Virus record (IMG/VR): IMGVR_UViG_3300033074_000580
Location: 31,270 to 95,269 of that record
Strand: one strand, 5' to 3'
Length of the DNA: 64,000 nucleotides
DNA from: a virus
Taxonomy: Duplodnaviria > Heunggongvirae > Uroviricota > Caudoviricetes
The notes beneath the pieces were generated by a model that searched no databases, had not been told where the DNA came from, and saw only the letters and a list, made by a program, of their open reading frames with translations. The position numbers and the translations under genes were made by a program. Positions within the stretch are counted from its first letter, which is position 1, and each line of letters starts with the position of its first letter. Of this stretch, positions 11,101 to 19,309 are shown in pieces.

Positions 11101-12824
11101 CATGCCGGTAAATCTGTAACTCTAAAACCATCCGCATTAGATGTTTTCCAAGCTAAGTTCTCAATGGAGAACATATATTTTTTTGCATAAAAACCACCAC
11201 CATATTTGTAATTATCAAACATATTGGTTGAACCTTCAAAAGATTTTTTACCATTAGAAATTGGTGCGATATTAAGATTCCAAACTCTACTTTGTCCTCC
11301 CATTACGCTACCATCAAATTTTCTATATGTGTTGGTTTTTTTCATGGTATCTGAATAGTTCATATATGAACGGTCTTTTGTCCATACACGACAATATTCT
11401 ACACCTGATTCAACGTTTTTCTTGTCAACATATCTAACAGCAGAACCTCTTGAAATAACAACATCACCCTCTTTAAACATTCTACTTGTTTGGTCGATAA
11501 CATTCGCAACGTGTGAACGCGCTTCACCACCATTAGATGGCATACTATCTAATAATTCTTGTGTTTTACCTAAAATAGAATCTTCTCTAAAAGTATACTT
11601 TGTTGAAAGTGTTTCTTGTAATCTTGATTGTTCAGATGACCTATATTCTTTATTGTTAGCACCTAATACATTTTTAGAATTTTTACTATACCATGTAAGT
11701 TTACCTCCAATTGTACCTCCTTCAGTAATGTTTTTACTTTTTTGAAATACTTCGGCCGCAGTTTTATCAAACATCAATGTTAGATAGTAACTACTTCTAA
11801 CTTGATTGTCATTAAAGTCTGACATTGCGTATTTTACGTCGGTACCTCTATCGTCTCCAATATAAGCAATACCCGCAGGTGCTTCAACACCCAATAGTGT
11901 TTTAACTCCTTGTCCAATTTTATCAACAAAATTAAAAATCTTAGATGAATTTTGTGACCTTGCGGTTGTTGTATAATTTGGTGCGTATTTGTTGAATGTT
12001 AATGAATCAAAAAGTCTTTGTTTTGGACCTTGACCCATATATTCAATTAACAAATCAGAAGGTTTTCTTGATAACTTTGGTCTTCTTTGTATTCCAATAA
12101 GTGAACCTAACGCACCCGTAGTGTCTTGCCATAATTTACCTAATTCAGTAGATGCTTCAGGTCTATAATTTATAGGGTTTGTTGGATTGCTTAAATAATC
12201 ACCCGGTATTTCACTAAAAGGTAATTGTGTTCCAGATACTGTTTGTAAAAAATCAATTCCTTTACCAAAAACAGTACTTGCTACGGTAATCTTATTGTTT
12301 GGTTCCACTAATGGTTCACGACCCGTAATAATGTTTAATGCTGTTGCGGTATTACCATTTAACGCGTCTAATATTCTTACTTTACCATCAATGGTTCTTT
12401 CGGTATTGGCAGCAATTCTTGTATAAACAGGACCATTTTTATCTTTACCAATATAATTTGCCGCAAATTTAAATAACTCAGATTCTGTATCATATGTTTG
12501 ATTCTCAACTATACTAATTAAATTGTGATTAGTTTGAGTAAAATATGGGTATAAATTTAAATTTGCTCTTCTTGGTAATGTATCTAAATTTTCTTTTATG
12601 AAAAATTCAGTTGGTTTGTATATGTTGTTTTTTTGTGGGATTGTTAAATCTTGATTTCTGTTTGTATCAACAGCACCTGGGTCAACATTTGCAACCACAT
12701 CTAATCCTTGTAACTCATATGTTGTATTTGTAAATGATTGTGGACCATTAGGAACCTGTAAAGTCTTTCCTAATATGAAATCTCTAAATCGTTTTGTTGA
12801 ATCAAAATCTAAGTAACTTGGCAT
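8109..12824 (-). CDS. Large baseplate/tube-initiator protein with an embedded OmpA-like domain
   Basis: 1571 aa; tube-initiator-like segments (SEQNSARWES..GRPEPIYTYQNTER; PPVCVLRIGDFY...VTLQISFIG); OmpA-like LYFPND...YNFYLGMRRAHSIV. Confidence 0.55.
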   Translation of the reverse strand: MPSYLDFDSTKRFRDFILGKTLQVPNGPQSFTNTTYELQGLDVVANVDPGAVDTNRNQDLTIPQKNNIYKPTEFFIKENLDTLPRRANLNLYPYFTQTNHNLISIVENQTYDTESELFKFAANYIGKDKNGPVYTRIAANTERTIDGKVRILDALNGNTATALNIITGREPLVEPNNKITVASTVFGKGIDFLQTVSGTQLPFSEIPGDYLSNPTNPINYRPEASTELGKLWQDTTGALGSLIGIQRRPKLSRKPSDLLIEYMGQGPKQRLFDSLTFNKYAPNYTTTARSQNSSKIFNFVDKIGQGVKTLLGVEAPAGIAYIGDDRGTDVKYAMSDFNDNQVRSSYYLTLMFDKTAAEVFQKSKNITEGGTIGGKLTWYSKNSKNVLGANNKEYRSSEQSRLQETLSTKYTFREDSILGKTQELLDSMPSNGGEARSHVANVIDQTSRMFKEGDVVISRGSAVRYVDKKNVESGVEYCRVWTKDRSYMNYSDTMKKTNTYRKFDGSVMGGQSRVWNLNIAPISNGKKSFEGSTNMFDNYKYGGGFYAKKYMFSIENLAWKTSNADGFRVTDLPACERGPNGGRVMWFPPYDLKVSEQNSARWESNAFLGRPEPIYTYQNTERTGQVSFKVVVDHPSILNLLVREHFNGMSDEDADNYINAFFAGCKDEDFYTLVKTYTMLDTDDIRRIKEYLNEGKSPETIQKYKYNLETVEEVKPNTGENPKPTIEPYSMSLYFPNDYPQGNVTNDTKATQSFSDIFAEYNANSGTYYSDATTELTNLLTDSTPSANQLKDIKTIFGVEKSQITDTGTTLNKQLERISNGFNALNVNYNAFDASLTSLKEAISKNQIDTAEFVIVATTSEVANDTYNFYLGMRRAHSIVTNVLNKIENGKIPDIKWPKTENVSSKKDDGFSFNLTVKCSDLGYENNLGKIKFKFTSEGESAVIKSPDPNDSNLDCKTVIYDTNGLKIHAPNPFYCRQVGVKFSAINVPKQDEPQKIKIPKLTSVPDGDPIPKVSPKPSIDIMKRIIMKTLSECHYFKKLEEDSPLAFSSLKEKLKYFHPGFHSTTPEGLNSRLTFLHQCVRPGNTIPIKGIADINDLNARNTSFGPPPVCVLRIGDFYHSKIIIRDVNITFEENIWDLNPEGIGVQPMLANVTLQISFIGGQGIEKPVERLQNALSSNFYANTEMYDERSISTATLINGQEKEKFTKEFLADLQKKPEYKLVGDNKDKPKVTQGKYIGDLSGDSIKYTNLVNMVYSSVGEYFNTYQSAYNEIIPKYGKKIGYMFFSPTYRTFSGMTINTISGDTSTDNIELLGEYPLVRNLGWHADNFKATLKYSINNYDMVKILGFEEIFEPNMFSEENVKIREVIVKIVSDVIDKFVTIGSVKQLESSRNNVISTLDKVNFLVRNQGDGKIDGTTFSKSQLSGFTSSNFYSEYSSVISYIKAQHSDFTSDLDGTFDFLLDSIDDTLLTEFLKVLLQGQRENLFKLLKEKYDFRTADKLCFKYDDFITTVKPKTFRLGKFPKRKNSNEITYKIGTTDYITDDDVKTSLSNIFNNGRVDIIGTTLNYYKP

Positions 12825-12854
12825 TATTCTCTTTTATCTTATAAATAGATTTAA

Positions 12855-14744
12855 TTATCTTTTAGCTGTCGACGGTTGAGTATATTCTTTCTCATCAGTT
12901 ACAATAAAATCATTATAAATGCTTGAATTTTTAACAGTTTCTCTCATCCAACCATCAACTAATGTTGCACCTCCCTTAAATTCGTATTCATTTTTAACGG
13001 TAACTGTTTTATTAACACTCATTTCTTTTTGTTTCTTTTCGGTCTCCTCTTGTACCATTTTTTTAGCCTGTTCTTGAGTTACTGAATTTTTAGGTGATTC
13101 TACTTTACCTTTTTGTTTATCATCTTTTAATGTAGAACCAAGTCCCTTTATTTCATTTGTTAACGCCGCAGCTAATTTAGGCATCGACTCTCTTGTGATA
13201 TCAGCAATTTTGCCCATATCTACCAACTTGTTAAATAACTCTTTTCCTTCTCTACCTGCAGCTAATGCCGCCGCCTTTACTAAATAAGATACGTCTCTTC
13301 TAATGTTCTCAATATTTGTCGCCTGACCTCTAACAATATCTTCAGGTGACATTTCTTTAAATTGATTTCTATATTCTAATAATAATTTTGCTTGTCTATC
13401 ATCAATTTGGTCTAATGCAACTGAATTTGCACCATCAAATTGTCTCCTTAATTCTTCAGAATTTAATGCTATGGTCATTTTGCCATCTTGCATTTGTGCT
13501 AAATTCGATAAAAATTCTTTATCATCACTTTCAATTTGTAAACCTGACAACATTTGAGTTGATGAAAGTCTTTCTTGTGTTGCAATTGCAGTCTTAGTTA
13601 ATTCTTTGTAATCAACACCAAGAGCGGTTGCCATTTCTCTTACTTTTCTAAGATTAACACCAGTAACCTCAAATCTACCTTGTTCTTGATTATATGTCGC
13701 CAAAGAACCAGCAGCTTCAATTAAAGCGTCTTGTAGTCCTTCAACATTATTTGTTGCCATATACATCAATTTAAGTGGGTCATTAAAATCACCAATTGCA
13801 CCACCTAACACTTGTAAATTTGCTGATAATTCTAATGCACCCTCAGGACTAAACACCTTTTCCGCAACTGCAGCTACAGATTCCATACTTGATTTGAATT
13901 CAATTGATTTTTGAACCATTCTTGCAAGTCCATCAATACCTTTTTGGAAACCGTATTGGTTTAACATTCCTATATTTGTTTGTAAGGATTCTGCAACTTT
14001 TTTTGAACTCAAACCTAACTCTAATGAACGTTGTCCCGTTCTTTGAACCGCATCAATAGTACTTTTTGCACCGATACCCACTTTTTCAAATTCAGGTATC
14101 ATTTCCATCATTTTGGACATGTCACCAATATAAGCTTGACCTATTTTACCAACATCATATAATGTTTCTCTGTTTAAAACATTAAATCTTCCAGTTGTTT
14201 GTAATAAATTGGTTGATGCAATTGCTACCGTGTCAAAAGAAATACCTAATTTGGTTAAATCTCTACCCGCCTCACTAATTTGATTTCTAAAATCCGCAGA
14301 TAATTTACCTGTTAAACTAGTTTTGGTGTTAATATCTTCTAATAACTTAGTTTGATTTTGATATTCGTTTGAAACTTCTGTTAATCCTGCACTAAATAAT
14401 TTTTTAGCTAATTCATCGGGTGTGGCTAATCCTCCTTTAGAACCACTTAATGCACCAACAATAGAATCCGCATTTACTGTTTTTGATATGTCTGTATAGT
14501 ATTGTCCTGATTGTTGTGACCCCGCAAATTTTGAAACTAAGTTACCTAACGCTAATCCACTATCATTCGGAGTTCTACCTCCTCCATCCATCTGATATCC
14601 GTCATAGAGTGATTTAGCCTCTCTAGTTCTTGTGTCCATGGTTTTATTCTTGTCTCTATCAGCATATACATCATTATATGTTGTCAAGAATTTCATCCAA
14701 TTCTGCTGTTTTGCAAGTGTTTCTAAGTCTTTTACATTCGCCAT
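12855..14744 (-). CDS. Tail tape measure protein
   Basis: 629 aa helical, Ala/Leu/Gly-rich protein between the tail chaperone and baseplate genes. Confidence 0.65.
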   Translation of the reverse strand: MANVKDLETLAKQQNWMKFLTTYNDVYADRDKNKTMDTRTREAKSLYDGYQMDGGGRTPNDSGLALGNLVSKFAGSQQSGQYYTDISKTVNADSIVGALSGSKGGLATPDELAKKLFSAGLTEVSNEYQNQTKLLEDINTKTSLTGKLSADFRNQISEAGRDLTKLGISFDTVAIASTNLLQTTGRFNVLNRETLYDVGKIGQAYIGDMSKMMEMIPEFEKVGIGAKSTIDAVQRTGQRSLELGLSSKKVAESLQTNIGMLNQYGFQKGIDGLARMVQKSIEFKSSMESVAAVAEKVFSPEGALELSANLQVLGGAIGDFNDPLKLMYMATNNVEGLQDALIEAAGSLATYNQEQGRFEVTGVNLRKVREMATALGVDYKELTKTAIATQERLSSTQMLSGLQIESDDKEFLSNLAQMQDGKMTIALNSEELRRQFDGANSVALDQIDDRQAKLLLEYRNQFKEMSPEDIVRGQATNIENIRRDVSYLVKAAALAAGREGKELFNKLVDMGKIADITRESMPKLAAALTNEIKGLGSTLKDDKQKGKVESPKNSVTQEQAKKMVQEETEKKQKEMSVNKTVTVKNEYEFKGGATLVDGWMRETVKNSSIYNDFIVTDEKEYTQPSTAKR

Positions 14745-14757
14745 ACATATAAATAGA

Positions 14758-14919
14758 TTAGTCCGTATTTTCTATTTCCATTATGTAGTTTATATAATAT
14801 CTTCTTATATAAACAGGCATGGTTAAAATGTCTCCATAAGAGAATCCTTTTCTAACCAAATAATGTATTTCAGATAATTGATTTTTCTTATACTCCGTAG
14901 AAAGGGCGAAAAAAGTCAA
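14758..14919 (-). CDS. Tail/baseplate assembly chaperone C-terminal ORF (T4 gp51-like), probably reached by frameshift
   Basis: Unannotated frame: ...ALSTEYKKNQLSEIHYLVRKGFSYGDILTMPVYIRRYYINYIMEIENTD*; overlaps the end of the upstream gene in the +1 frame; only a TTG start is available at its 5' end. Confidence 0.6.
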   Translation of the reverse strand: MTFFALSTEYKKNQLSEIHYLVRKGFSYGDILTMPVYIRRYYINYIMEIENTD

Positions 14920-15637
14920 CCCCGAATCCAATAGTAAATTGGACTACTTCTCCTGACGGGGCGATTGCTTGTTGTGTTAAGTCTATTCCAGGTTTTACAT
15001 CTGAAATATATTTTCTAAAATCTTGTGAATCTTTAATTGGAAGATTTTCAATAAAATTACGAGTGTTCATCGGGTCTTTGTTTCCTTCGACCGATTTAAT
15101 CATACCCTCAAGTTGTTTGGTAATAACGGGAGCGAACCCAACACCATTCCAACTTTTATTCATTTCACGAATTTCATTTTCTTGTTTTTGTGTTAAAAAT
15201 TTAAATGTGATATGAATTTTAGATTTTTCCATATAATATGGATATTCACCGTTTGCGTCACTTTCTAAATCAAATGGTTTGAAATTAAGACTACTTAAAT
15301 CGATGTCAACTTCAAATTCCTCATTTGTTTTTGGGTCTGTTAATTTAACCTTATAATCTGAACCAAATGCAGTGTTTCTTAAAAATATAAGAATTGCTTG
15401 TCTATCCTCTTCAACAATATCGTCAATTGCAATATCCTTATCAATTACTTTTCTTTTTAAAAGTTCGGTAACGATTGCGTTTGTTTGAATTAAATTTGGT
15501 GACGCTAAAATATTTTCATCGGCAGCAGTTAAGTATGCAACTCTTAATGATTTCTTATTGTTAGCGTAATGAATACCTCTACTTGGTAATTCCACCACAT
15601 CATATGCAATTCGGGGGTCAATTCTATATTCTTCCAT
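14888..15637 (-). CDS. Tail/baseplate hub assembly chaperone (T4 gp26-like)
   Basis: VELPSRG..Y, LTAADENIL and DRQAILIFLRNTAFG motifs; located between tube and tape measure genes. Confidence 0.65.
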   Translation of the reverse strand: MEEYRIDPRIAYDVVELPSRGIHYANNKKSLRVAYLTAADENILASPNLIQTNAIVTELLKRKVIDKDIAIDDIVEEDRQAILIFLRNTAFGSDYKVKLTDPKTNEEFEVDIDLSSLNFKPFDLESDANGEYPYYMEKSKIHITFKFLTQKQENEIREMNKSWNGVGFAPVITKQLEGMIKSVEGNKDPMNTRNFIENLPIKDSQDFRKYISDVKPGIDLTQQAIAPSGEVVQFTIGFGVDFFRPFYGV

Positions 15638-15685
15638 AGTGTAAGTTTAAACTATAACTATTAAAAAGTAAAGTTTTGAGCAAAC

Positions 15686-15734
15686 AAAAAAACCGATAAC
15701 CTATTAGACAGATTTACTAATTTGGTTACCGGTT
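15686..15734 (-). terminator. Long hairpin intrinsic terminator after the tail tube gene
   Basis: Minus strand: AACCGGTAACC..ATTAG-loop-CTAAT.GGTTATCGGTT followed by a T run. Confidence 0.65.
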
Positions 15735-15754
15735 CTTTAAATAAAATGATTATA

Positions 15755-16243
15755 TTAGAATACTTGGATACAACGGTCCATTCTCAAATTACAAGTAATT
15801 GTTGAGATTTCGTCTCTTGAGTAATCAAGTTCACCGAAGTCTAAGTTTGTGATAAATGTTCCTTGAAGAATCCATTTTTCAACCACAACTCCAGTTGGGT
15901 CTAACATTTCAAGTTCAATGTCTTTTTTATAACCAGCAGCATATCCCATTCTACCTGTTACTGATTCTGCATGTAAACGGAACCATTCCATAAGAGCTTG
16001 AGAAGCCGAAGGACCGATTGGGTCTCTAAAGGTTACTCTAAGTTCTTCCCATGTGAAACGTCCAGCAACATAAGTTGAAGTATTCAAGAATTGAATTTCT
16101 GTTGAGTTAATTTTTGCTTTTGGTCTAGCTGCGGAACTTACAAACCATTCATTGATACCCAATGATGATGGGAAGCGAAGAATAAATCGATTCTGTCTTT
16201 TTGGTTCGTAAGGAACCGGCATTTTCATTAGTAAATCTGCCAT
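15755..16243 (-). CDS. Tail tube protein (T4 gp19-like)
   Basis: EPKRQNRF...YVAGRFTWEE...YKKDIELEMLDPTGVVVEKWILQG; follows the sheath gene. Confidence 0.9.
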   Translation of the reverse strand: MADLLMKMPVPYEPKRQNRFILRFPSSLGINEWFVSSAARPKAKINSTEIQFLNTSTYVAGRFTWEELRVTFRDPIGPSASQALMEWFRLHAESVTGRMGYAAGYKKDIELEMLDPTGVVVEKWILQGTFITNLDFGELDYSRDEISTITCNLRMDRCIQVF

Positions 16244-16367
16244 TTTGTGTTAGTTAAATTTTTTGTTATTTTTACTTCTTATAAATATATCTTAAATAGA
16301 AAATAAATTATTTATCGGACCAAACTTGATTTTATCAAAAATTTTTCGTAGTTTTTTACAAAATCCT

Positions 16368-16456
16368 CCAGTATCTAGTTCCAGTATAAATAATATATCT
16401 AGTTTATTATTTATTATTATATAAATACTAGTTCTAGTATATTCTAGTATACTGGG
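16368..16456. repeat. Cluster of C(C/T)AGT(A/T) short repeats with nested inverted repeats
   Basis: CTAG at 16375, 16399, 16428, 16434 and 16444; CCAGTAT at 16368 and 16381; ATACTAG-TT-CTAGTAT palindrome; CCAGTATA/TATACTGG inverted pair. Confidence 0.7.
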
Positions 16457-16486
16457 CAAATAAAATCATTTAATTATTATATCCAA

Positions 16487-16502
16487 TGTTCCACGTGGAA
16501 CG
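16487..16502. promoter_or_regulatory. parS-like palindrome
   Basis: TGTTCCACGTGGAACG, with a perfect 14-bp core; resembles the bacterial parS family (TGTTNCACGTGAAACA and its TGTTCCACGTGGAACA variant); intergenic. Confidence 0.6.
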
Positions 16503-16511
16503 TTCTACAAT

Positions 16512-16543
16512 AAAAAAAGGGAAGCTTTTCGGCCTCCCTTTCT
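16512..16543 (-). terminator. Intrinsic terminator after the tail sheath gene
   Basis: Minus strand: AAAGGGAGGC-CGAAAA-GCTTCCCTTT followed by a T run. Confidence 0.75.
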
Positions 16544-16566
16544 TATTTTTATATTCTCCTTTTAGA

Positions 16567-19023
16567 TTAGATATTCTCAAATGAAGCTCCTGTTGGAGTA
16601 ATTACGAATTCCAAATCAATAAATTCAAGAGAACGAGTTGGTTTTACATAGATTTTACCTCTTAATGTATTTGCGTCTATATCTTCAGGGTCACTTGATA
16701 CAGTTACCTTAAATTCATATAAACCTCTTTCTTTCTTGATTGATTCTAAGATAGGATTTACCAATCTCAAGAATTCTTGTCTTACTTGTTCGTCGTTTTG
16801 TTCAAACAATAATCTAACAGCAACAGCTGAAATTAACTTTCTTGCTCTCAATAACAATCTTCTTACGTTGATTCTATCTAATGCAGATTCTCTAACTTGA
16901 AGAGTTTTGTTACCCCAAATGATAGTACCTGTATCAGAGAATGTTGCAATTGGGTTAATTCTATTCTTGTAAAGAGTGTCTCTTTCGTCTAATGTTAATT
17001 TCTTTTTAGCTTTGATTGCATTTACCAAACCTCTTGAATAACCGGCAACCGCGAACCAAGGATATGAAACATTATCAGTTAAAGCAATATTCTTCAATAC
17101 TTCACCTGTTGGTGGAATGTAAAGTTGAGTTGCGTTATCTGTGTCTCTTACTTGAATCCAAGGCCAATATGTTGCTGAATAGTTAGAATCAATTGCTAAG
17201 TCATCAAGATATCCTGTTACAGTATCTGAATCATCAACATTTGGTGCTGAGATAATATATAATGAATCCGCTCTATCATTTTCAACCATATCAATTGCTT
17301 GATTTGTTAAAGATGAGTGGTCATAGAAGTTAATACCCGGAGTTGCAAATACGTTAATATCAACAGCTTCAGGGTTTGCAAATGTTTGAATACCAGTGTT
17401 ATATGCATAGTAATCAGAGTTACCAGCAGATGTACTAAACACCCCACCATTATCTGTGTTACCTGTTATATAAGTTGTTTTACCAAATATAAATTGGTCA
17501 CCGTATGTTCTTGTTTGTCTGTAAACATCCCAACCATCAAATCCACCACCTACTGCAAATGTAAACTTACGATAGTTTATATTTGTCAATTTGTTAGCGT
17601 TACCACCTGATTGACCTTCTAAATCATATGGTGTACATTGATATGTTGTACTTGTGATTGAAGATGCGTTAGTTGATAAGTGGAAACCGTTAGTTTCACC
17701 ATTAGCTGCCGTTCCTTTATATTTAAACAATGCAGCATCGTGTTGATATCCTTCTTGGCTAGATAAACCTAAAGATACTTTCTTTACTTTATCACCACTT
17801 GAAGTTGTTCCTGAGAATGTTGCACCTGAATAAATTACGTCACCCGCATCAAAATATTTTACTTTATAGTTAACTGCACCTAATGTAGTTGAACCCGATA
17901 ATGTTGCTGATGTGAATCCTTTAAATCCTGCAGGGAACGCATCTGTTGGGTGATTATCTGTCATACTTAACATGATATACTTAGAACGTAACTCATATTC
18001 ACCGTCTGAAGTACCCACTTTTCTTGCAACATATCCTGGCATGTCAGGATTCATTGAACATCTTGTAAATTTCTCAAGTACTACTTGATTTTCATCTGTA
18101 TCGTTAAAATCACGAACAATTAAATCAAATTCACCTGTTTCTAAATTTATATTTTGAATAGTAATTTTAACTTGTTCATTTGAAGAATCACCATCAGAAA
18201 TTGTAATAACGTCAAATAAATCTGCAACTTGACCACCTCTTACTTCAGATACTACTGTTGGTGAAGCTGCGGTTTTCCATTGAGTTAAATAATTGTCACT
18301 TTCTAAATTTATTACCGGTGTTAGACTTAATCCCGTTAAATTACCTTGTTTATAAGCCGATTCAACATAATTAGGATAAACTTCATGTACATATAACGGA
18401 AAATCGTCCATATTCTTATCAAAAACACTTGTGCCTAATACTTTTGAAATGTATTTTGGTGATGTTTTATCTAAAGAACATGTAAATGATTTAACTCCTG
18501 TATTTCCCGTTACCGATAATGTAAATTCAGCCAATGGGTTTGTTGTTAGACCTGAACCTGTAATTGCAATTGTTGTTGTACCTGTTTGAGTCATTCCAGA
18601 TGTCGCATATGTTAGATTTTGACCAACATATTGACCTCTAGACCTTAGAGATACAACTACTTTATTGTTATAGTTAGAATCACCACTTATTGTTTTAATA
18701 CCAAATGTTTTATAAGGTAGGTAACCTGTTAAACCAAGAATTCTTGTAACGAATAATTGATTTGATTCTTGTAAATAAGATTTAGCCACATAAGGTAATT
18801 CATATTTAGGATTTCCTGCACCGTCTTTTTCTGGTGAAGTTGAACCAAAATATGTTTTGAATTCGTCGAAACCACCAATTAAAATTGGTTCAAATGCCGG
18901 ACCTTTTAAAGTCTCACCCACTAAACCCAATGTTGTAACTCCGACACTTTGTGCCACGAATGTAAGATCCTTCTCTGATGTGTACACACCTGGAGATACG
19001 AATACTCTGTTTGAATTTGCCAT
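16567..19023 (-). CDS. Tail sheath protein (T4 gp18-like)
   Basis: VSPGVYTSEKD N-terminus; YSATYWPW, PWFAVAGYSRG, WGNKTLQ and RINVRRL motifs. Confidence 0.95.
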   Translation of the reverse strand: MANSNRVFVSPGVYTSEKDLTFVAQSVGVTTLGLVGETLKGPAFEPILIGGFDEFKTYFGSTSPEKDGAGNPKYELPYVAKSYLQESNQLFVTRILGLTGYLPYKTFGIKTISGDSNYNNKVVVSLRSRGQYVGQNLTYATSGMTQTGTTTIAITGSGLTTNPLAEFTLSVTGNTGVKSFTCSLDKTSPKYISKVLGTSVFDKNMDDFPLYVHEVYPNYVESAYKQGNLTGLSLTPVINLESDNYLTQWKTAASPTVVSEVRGGQVADLFDVITISDGDSSNEQVKITIQNINLETGEFDLIVRDFNDTDENQVVLEKFTRCSMNPDMPGYVARKVGTSDGEYELRSKYIMLSMTDNHPTDAFPAGFKGFTSATLSGSTTLGAVNYKVKYFDAGDVIYSGATFSGTTSSGDKVKKVSLGLSSQEGYQHDAALFKYKGTAANGETNGFHLSTNASSITSTTYQCTPYDLEGQSGGNANKLTNINYRKFTFAVGGGFDGWDVYRQTRTYGDQFIFGKTTYITGNTDNGGVFSTSAGNSDYYAYNTGIQTFANPEAVDINVFATPGINFYDHSSLTNQAIDMVENDRADSLYIISAPNVDDSDTVTGYLDDLAIDSNYSATYWPWIQVRDTDNATQLYIPPTGEVLKNIALTDNVSYPWFAVAGYSRGLVNAIKAKKKLTLDERDTLYKNRINPIATFSDTGTIIWGNKTLQVRESALDRINVRRLLLRARKLISAVAVRLLFEQNDEQVRQEFLRLVNPILESIKKERGLYEFKVTVSSDPEDIDANTLRGKIYVKPTRSLEFIDLEFVITPTGASFENI

Positions 19024-19150
19024 CGATTGTTGTTTGGTTAATTATTTTTATTAGTTATTCTATAAATATCTTTGTTTTTAGCAAAGATTTCCGTACTTTT
19101 TTGAAAAAAGATAGTTAATTATCCTTTTTTATCTTTATTTATCTTTTACT

Positions 19151-19309
19151 ATGGATAACAAAACTAAAAACGTAAAAATTAGTGAGAAACACCACGAAAT
19201 GTTAAAAAACCATTGTGATAGGAATGGTTTAAAAATTTATAAAGTTTTAGAGAAATTTATTGAAGACCTTTGTAAACCCAAAAAGAAAGACATTTACGGA
19301 GAAGATTAG
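19151..19309 (+). CDS. Small ribbon-helix-helix (Arc/CopG-like) DNA-binding protein
   Basis: Unannotated 52 aa ORF MDNKTKNVKISEKHHEMLKNHCDRNGLKIYKVLEKFIEDLCKPKKKDIYGED; beta-strand plus two helices pattern. Confidence 0.6.
   Translation: MDNKTKNVKISEKHHEMLKNHCDRNGLKIYKVLEKFIEDLCKPKKKDIYGED

Noticed and set aside
12855-14744. Unusually short tape measure protein
   Set aside because: The length is comparable to T4-type tape measure proteins.
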